NCBI RefSeq assembly: GCF_009914755.1
Contig: NC_060931.1
Source of the DNA: the human T2T-CHM13v2.0 reference genome, Homo sapiens
DNA length: 64,000 bases
Reading direction: 5' to 3' (one strand)
Notes under the pieces: generated by a model
What the model was told of the DNA's origin: nothing
The model's database searches: none
The model's input: only the letters and a program-made list of their open reading frames with translations
Shown: piece by piece, positions 56,190-64,000 of the stretch
How positions within the stretch are numbered: position 1 is the stretch's first letter
How the letters are laid out: each line of letters starts with the position of its first letter
Made by a program: the position numbers and the translations under genes

Positions 56190-58463
56190 TTAGCTAACAA
56201 TCCAATGATTATATATATATATATGATTGTTAGCTAATGTACAACATATAAAGATATTTCAGAATTATTTCAACTATTTATTTTTATTTGTACATCTTGG
56301 GTTTTTTTCTCCTTATAATTATTTAAAGGTAGTGATTGTGGTAGGTTCTATAATTTTTATTGTCTTAGAAATAGCCAAATCTGTGCAATTATCACTATGT
56401 CACTCAATAATTTAAAATTTTATTTTATAGTCTGAGGATGTGATTATTTGCACACACTAACAAGCATTATGAACACCTAAACCTAGAAATCAAAAATTTT
56501 CAAAGCTTATTTGTTTTTATGGCCCCCATGGGGACAACTTGAGGCTCAAAATTCAGCTTTCTGGTATCCTTAAACTGGCAGTGGAGACTGAGAGAGATCC
56601 AGAAGATATTTAAGCATTTAGACTTGTTACTTAGCAAGAACTCTACATTAAATGACATTAATTCCCTCTTTAAAAAATGGCCCTCAAGTACATGCAGCTC
56701 CTCTTCATCATTTTCATTAACTAACAAACACAATGCAAACATATACACTTTTAAAGAAAAAGAAGAAACATATAAAACAAGGCGGTTGGCCTGATTTTCT
56801 GATTTTTTTTTTTTTTTTTTGATATTTGGTGAAAATGTCTGGAGATTTAAAGACTAGATAATTATCTCACTGCTTTATGCTTTTACAAACACTTTGGGGT
56901 CATCATTGAGGACGGTTAGTTATCTACTATCACCACACATATTTATGTAACCAAACCCTATTCTGTTCATATAAATTGTTTAATACTGCAATAATATGAG
57001 TCATTGAACTTAAGAATCATATTTTGTCAAAAAGTTTTATATTTTTGTCATAGCCATTAGAAAGTTATAATGTGCTCATCTGTGAATTTTAAATAAATTT
57101 GGTGGAAATAATTACCTGATTGTATGTTTTCTTAAGAAACAAATTGATATTAGCTGCCAAGTTATTTAAAATTCTCTCTGGTTGCCACCATTGTGTAAGT
57201 TAGTGGTTATCTTTATAAAATCCCAAGGACTTCTTGAAGAGTTACAGGAAATCATACTTTTTGCTACGATTCTAATTCCATGGCTATTTCCTCAATTTCA
57301 AATTTCTGAACTTTTGACACAACTGAAATAATAAGAAATGGGGTGGGGCAAACTTGTCAGTGTAGGCAACTGTGAGAAATCTAACAAAGTGCCCTGGGCT
57401 TCCGTCTGTTTCCCAGAAGATGAAGGGAGCAGGTGCCTGAGGTGTGCTCCTGTGGAGGAACCCTCGGGCAGAGCTTCAGAACTCATAAAGGTCTAAGGCT
57501 GTGGGAATCTAATGTCTAGGGCTGTGGGAATCACCTTGGTGGTTTCAGCAGCTGTGATCTGTACTGAATGCCTGATGAACTCCCTTCCTCCCAGGGAGGA
57601 ATGGATGGAATGTGGATTCTCCACTTTACCTAGGGCTTTGAAACAGCAGGGAGCTCTTTACCATCTCTAAGGCCTTAGCAAGCTGAAGGTATTTAAGACT
57701 CATAGGTAGAGGGCCCAGGGTTTCCCCATAAGTCAAAGTGAGGGACGCTGCACAATTAGAACTTACCACAATTATCTTGGTTTTATTTCAACAGATATTT
57801 AAAAATTAAAACCAAACAACAAATTGAAGAATAACAGTGGAGGTAAACAAGTACATTATCTTAAAAGTCTATTTATAGATTCAGCATGGGCCAGATCTTG
57901 TACTCAGAAAATGGTGTTGCACAAAATTGTAGTGTAATCTTTATGGCTATAAATAACGTAATCATGTGTAACGTCTACCTAATTATGTGGATTGAAGAAA
58001 GCTGACTTCAAGCATTTTAGAATAAGAAGGTTGGTATGTATTGGATACATAATAATAATGAGTTGCATAACCTCAGGAGATAATTTTACCTCTCTGGGCT
58101 CTCTGAAAAATAAAGAAGTTGGACTACGTGTTCAAAATCCTATTATCTCAAGTCCTGAAGTTTTAAATTATAACTATTGGTCTATTTTAAAGTTATAAGC
58201 AGTATATGATTCACTAATTGTTTTTGTATTATTTTAGTTTTTTATTTTTCTAAGTATAAAATCATTCACGCTTGGTACAAAAAAGAATCAGAGATTTTTT
58301 TAAAAAAATTAAGAAAACCTATAAACCCAATATCCTAACAAATCTAAAGTGAACATTTTTGTGTCTGTAAGTATAAACTTCTTGTAATACATACACATTT
58401 TATTAAATTGGGATTATACTATTCGTGCTATTTCATTATTCACTTTTTGTCTTAAAATGTATT

Positions 58464-58869
<406 letters not shown>

Positions 58870-59784
58870 TTATTTAAAAAATCATAGTAATACTGATGAA
58901 GACTATCAATAAATATCAATAGATTATGTTCAATAACATTATTAATGAACATTTAAGTTGCTTATTTCTGCTATTATTTATGCTTCAGTAAGTACACTTA
59001 CATACCCGTGGTTATGAATTTCTCTGAGTATTTCCATAAGATAAATTCCAAGAAGTAGAATTGTGAAATCAGAATTGTGAGTGTGTGTTTTAATGTGACA
59101 GCTGTTTTTAAGTTAAATAACATATACAAATTTTATAAAATACACAAAAATCATGTTCAGTCATAATTTTAGTGTAATACTTTGTTGAACTTCCATTAAG
59201 TGATTTTTCTGTAAATATATCTTTTAATATTATTGAGATTAAATGCATTTGCAAGAATATATTTTGAAAGTATTGGTGTATTTGTCACTCACATTGGGGC
59301 AAGAGAGAAAGGAATAAGTGCTAAAATCAGGCCCCAAATTTCTCATACAGTGATTAGCAGAGACATACACCAAGCAGGTCTGTTACTCTGGGACCTGGCT
59401 GGGGTAGAAGTAAAGAGCCTTGGGCTGCTGTCCCTCTTGGCCCACATGAATTTTTTTCTCCTTCTTTTTCACATACTGTGGGTGAGTGATCCCAGAGAAT
59501 TTTAAGTCTAAGGCCAAAGTGATCCCAGAGAATTTTAAGTCTAAGGCCATAGAATCGATGTAATTATTTTCTAAAATCTGGATTGATACCAACTCAGAAA
59601 TAACTATTTGGCTGCAAATTAGTAAAAACTACCATGTAAAAACACCCTTTTATCAGGCACCATGCTTTATACCTTAAATGCATTGTTTGTTAAATTTGCA
59701 AGAAGAAAAATAAGGAAGGAAGAAACAAGAAAACAGGAGTTCTGCACTTTAGGTTCTGTTGTGCCTGTGAAAAGAAGAGGTATT

Positions 59785-61035
59785 GTTGAGGACGTTGCAC
59801 TAAGTGAAATAATCCAGTAACAGAAAGATGCATGATTCCAATTACATGAGGTATCTGAAACAGACAAATTCTTATAATCAAACAATGGAATGGTGTCTAC
59901 CAGGAGCTGGGAGGAAAGGAAAATAGGGAAATACTAGTAAACAGGCATAACATTTCAGTCAAGCAAGATGAATAAGCTCTAGGGAAATGCAGTACAATGT
60001 TTTACCTATAGTCAACAATAATGTGTATTGTATTGTAAGGGTGGAAAGTTGTGATACCTTTCTTCACTCATCATAAGGGTCATGGCCGCACTTCTATAGC
60101 AAAGATGGGTTAACAAGAAACAAATTTACTTAATCAAAGTTTAACATGACACAGGAGCCTTTAAAAATGAAGACCCAAAGACCCAGAAAAAAATTGTCCA
60201 TTTTATACTTAGATTTGATTAAGAATGGAGAGTTATGAGGAAATGTGATTGGACAAAATGGCATGATCTAAAGGTGATAGACTGAGGAGGGAAACCTAAC
60301 AAGGACTGTCTGTTCAGATTCTTCTTGGCCTCTCTGTGTATGTAGCATTTCTTCCTCCAGGTAGGGGGCAGGACCCGTCTGGAATGAGCATCTTCAAGGG
60401 AGAAGCAAGAAGGGGGACAGTGACCTTTCTAGGTTTTATGGCTTGCTTTGAAAAAGAGAGTTCTCATTTCTAAGACCTGCTTTGGGGAAGTTATATTCTG
60501 ATTTCCAAGATTCGCTCCTGAAAGGAGTGGAAGACAGGATGGCAGGAGAAAATGAGAAATAGATTGCTTCTGAGGCCTTCCAGCATCCTTCAGTTCAAAG
60601 TACTCAACACACCAAGGCACCATACTTTAGGGTATCATATTCTGACCCTCAATATTACACTTAAAAATTTGTTAAGATGAAGCCAGGTGCAGTGGCTCAT
60701 GCCTATAATCCCAGCACTTTGGGAGGCTCAGGAGGGCAGATCACTTAAGGTCAGGAGTTTAAGACTAGCCTGGCCAACATGGTGAAATCTCGTCTCTACA
60801 AAAATACAAAATTTAGCCAGGCATGATGGCAGGTGCCTGTAATCCCAGCTACTTGGGAGTCTGAGGCAGGAGAACGGCTTAAACTGGGGAGGCAAAGTTG
60901 CAGTGAGCTGAGATTGCACCACTGCACTCCAGCCTGGGTGACGGAGTAAGACTCCATCTCAAAAAAAATAAAAAATAAAATAAAAAATTGTTAAGATGGT
61001 GGATTTCATGTTCATTATTCTCACCACCATAAGAT
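59785..61035 (+). mobile_element. L1MA/MB 3' end interrupted by an ERV1 LTR (about 60033-60653, minus strand) and an AluS (about 60682-60985)
   Basis: GAGGACGTTGCACTAAGTGAAATAATCCAG…AATAATGTGTATTGTA[LTR]CACTTAAAAATTTGTTAAGATG[Alu]AAAAATTGTTAAGATGGTGGAT; the Alu TSD is visible. Confidence 0.7.
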
Positions 61036-63184
61036 TTTTTAGAAATGTAAAAATTGATGCATAGAATTATTTAAAAACCTGCCCAAGATTAAAAAGCTAG
61101 TAAGTGGATGATTGAAATCAGATTTGATTATGCTCTTTGTCCATAATCTCGTTGTCTTAACTCATAATGTTTTACTTACAATATGTTTACAGAACATTAC
61201 AAATTCATCTCAATACAAGGATCACCTGAAACTCACCACTTATACTATTTGAGTGAAAATAGTCATAATCTTGTACTTCTTATGTCTGGTAATGTTTGTT
61301 TAGTCTCATACATTTCTATCCTAAAAACATTAGGTGTGGGATGAATTCTGTTTCTTATTCTTTTTTCTGGAATGGGTGAATTGCTGTAACTTGCTAATTT
61401 TCCCCCAACCGAGTTCTATGGTTTCTCTGCTAGTGTAATACTTATCCCAATCTTATTTATTCATTTATTTGGAGTCTTTTTTTTTTGTCACTATTTAGCA
61501 GATGAGCCCTTTGCCCAATGAGTTGAAAGTTAGTTCTTGTTAAGCATACTGATCAGTGAGAGTTTTTTTTCTTAAATTGGTGAGGGATTTGAGGAGATAC
61601 TAAATAAGATTATACCTTTGTTTTATAAAAGGTGCATGTGTATTAAATATCTTCCATCATGTAAATCTTAATATTTTATAGAGCCTGTGTATCCTCTCCA
61701 AGTTGTATGAGTTATTTCTCCCTCTTTAAATAGCTAAAAGAAATGGAATCACAGAAGTGTTACGTGACTTCCCCAAGGTTATTTAGCAAATCGGCTGCAG
61801 AATTGCAGAGTTTAGTTCAAATCAGCTAAAACTAAGAGAGTGCTTTTTAAAAATAAAGCTGTAAAAGCTTTAAAATAATCACTAGAGTAGACTAGAACTA
61901 CTTAATGAAAGCTAGACAATCAAAGAGGTTGTTTTACTTTTATCAAAGGCAAATATTCTAAAAGTGTGTAGCTGATCTTAAAAGATACTGAGTTTTCAAT
62001 CATAAAGCATTCTCAGATAAATAAGATTCACACAAGGGATTAAATCTGTTTAGTCCTGCTCAAGGTTATGAAGCAAGTATAATAGAGAAAGGCTTTTAGA
62101 AATCTACTTGAATAAGCCATTTTGATCTTTTTATCTTAATTGCTTTTTATCTCCTGATAGTTTGCTTCTCAGCTTTGGTGTTGGGTTAAAAAAAATTTTT
62201 GGTCTGCCTTTACTTTGTGCTTGTTTGCCTGATGTAATGACAATTGTGTGTCTGTAATATTCATTCCAAACTATATTGTTTATACTCTTTGTTTAAATGG
62301 TTTGTTTCAGAAATATTTAAGAAGATTTCTCTACCTAAAATAAACATTTTGAAGAACCATTTAGGAGTAAGAGAGATGATGACTAGTGTGTTTTGTGTTA
62401 AGCACAACTGTGGCTCATAGGGTGAAATCTTTGCTACATTGCAAAAATAGTTTCAATCTCTCTTCATTAAAGCAAATAATTTGGTTGCCTGAAAGTCTAA
62501 AATACCTGGGTCATCCAAACGGAAATCAAAAGGCTGAGATATGTGTGGCATTTGTTATTTGAATTCCTACACCTTTCTGTGCTAGTGTTAACCAGCAGGT
62601 AAATTGTGAAATGCAATGAAATGCAAAGCTTAAAATAAAATCAGGTCATAAGCTGATCTATTTACAATTTGATATAATATTAACAAATTCTTACTGGAAA
62701 GTTTTATGACATTTATTTGGTGTAGGAGAGAAACCAATCTTACTTTGAATACCTAACACATGTAATTGGCTCTTCTATAAAAACGTGGTCCTTTAATGTG
62801 ACTTCTTAATATCTGAAAAGTCATTGGGTAGGGGAAAAAAAACAAAAAAACAGAAACATGCAATAACATTAACATATATGAAATCAAGAACAAAGCAAAT
62901 CTAAATAGTGTTTTAAAAGGATCTATATTATATTTTACTATGAACAGTTGATACAAGAATTTTAAATAGGCACTAGATCATTTTGAAGCAATCTGTTTGA
63001 AAACTCAAACTTTTTTGAGTGAACAGTTTTTTATAGTGAACACAGCTGTGGAATGAGCAGTGTTCACTATAGAATTGTGGAAACATAAGAAATAACTTAT
63101 TAAAAGTGTTAAAAAATGGTTTGATAAAACTTATAGCTCCATGACTAGAGATATCTGCATATACTATAATATGTATGTATATTT

Positions 63185-64000
63185 TGTTTTGGTTTTTCTA
63201 AGTTGGCTTTGAGGTGTCTTTTAGGAAAGTGGCTATAAAATCTAGCCCTGCCCAGATGGGGCTCCAGGGAATTTGGTCATCGATGTTTACAGTATGTCTT
63301 TCATGGGATACTTCTTCATCCTGGTGGACAGCCTGATGGCTAAATGTCCAACTTGTAACCAGGTGTCCTGTTCACAGGAAACTTCTTTATAGTGGCACTT
63401 GCTTTTATGGCTCTTGTCTTACCTGTGTCTCATTTATTCCTACTAAGATTGCCACTGTCTTGGAGAGCCATGACTGGGAAAGATGTTAGGTTCAAGTGTG
63501 TTGGTCAGGTGAGGCAGCACAGAGGAGGCAACACAACAAAACACTTAAAATAACTGAATCAATTGATTATTTACAGATCTCAGAATGAAGAGAGCAGCAT
63601 CACAGGACCAAGGGGAAGAGGGGAGCTGTCGGAGACAGCACACTCAACCAGCAGGGTAGAGAGAAAGAGAGAAAAAGAGGGATAATGGGCTGAAGCCTTT
63701 GTTGGGGCCCAGGATATTACCCAAGCAGGTTTCCCTTGGGTTTGGAGCAAGCAGGCATGAATTCCACAGTGTCACGCTGTGACTGAGAGGGGGTCACCGC
63801 AGCACATCTGCAAACTCCATGCAGGGCATGGGGGTTGGTGGGGCAAGTCAAGTAGGTTGTATCTAGCTCCGTAGGGAGGTGATTACTAGGAGACAGTTGT
63901 ATAAGGCAGATATCTGGCTCACTACATTGAGGAATTGGGAAGAGGTGTAGAACTGGAAACTGTCAAGCCAGGCTTCTGGTATGAGAAAGTTAAACTTATA
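63185..64000. mobile_element. ERV LTR-like sequence (family not assigned), running to the window edge
   Basis: GC-richer block with LTR-like motifs (GGCTATAAAATCTAGCCCTGCC; TGGGCTGAAGCCTTTGTTGGGG). Confidence 0.4.

Overview
Human genomic DNA: AT-rich and repeat-dense, with a copy of the human-specific AluYa5 subfamily. The window covers the 5' end of SEMA3E (semaphorin 3E) on the minus strand. The only protein-coding exon I can support is SEMA3E exon 1 (CDS 20996->20882, signal peptide, phase-1 GT donor), with its uORF-rich 5' leader and promoter at about 21.0-21.75 kb. Bases 1-20881 are intron 1, and everything above about 21.8 kb is upstream intergenic DNA. Other major features are the 5' half of an old L1PA element, a full-length decayed RAD23B processed pseudogene (35.55-38.66 kb), an ERV9 LTR12C nested inside a HERV-W LTR17, and many Alu, MaLR/ERV LTR, Tigger, MER, MIR and L2 relics. 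Almost all ORFs in the supplied track are repeat-derived or chance. I found no convincing new multi-gene system. The most unusual signals are structural: an orphan poly(A)-tailed, TSD-flanked insert inside a THE1 LTR; a THE1 LTR carrying a 104-bp inverted self-duplication; an open ORF0 homolog in an otherwise dead L1; convergent nested LTR promoters upstream of SEMA3E; a chain of overlapping uORFs; and a candidate alternative first exon. Repeat subfamily names come from my recall of consensus sequences and should be confirmed with RepeatMasker/Dfam.
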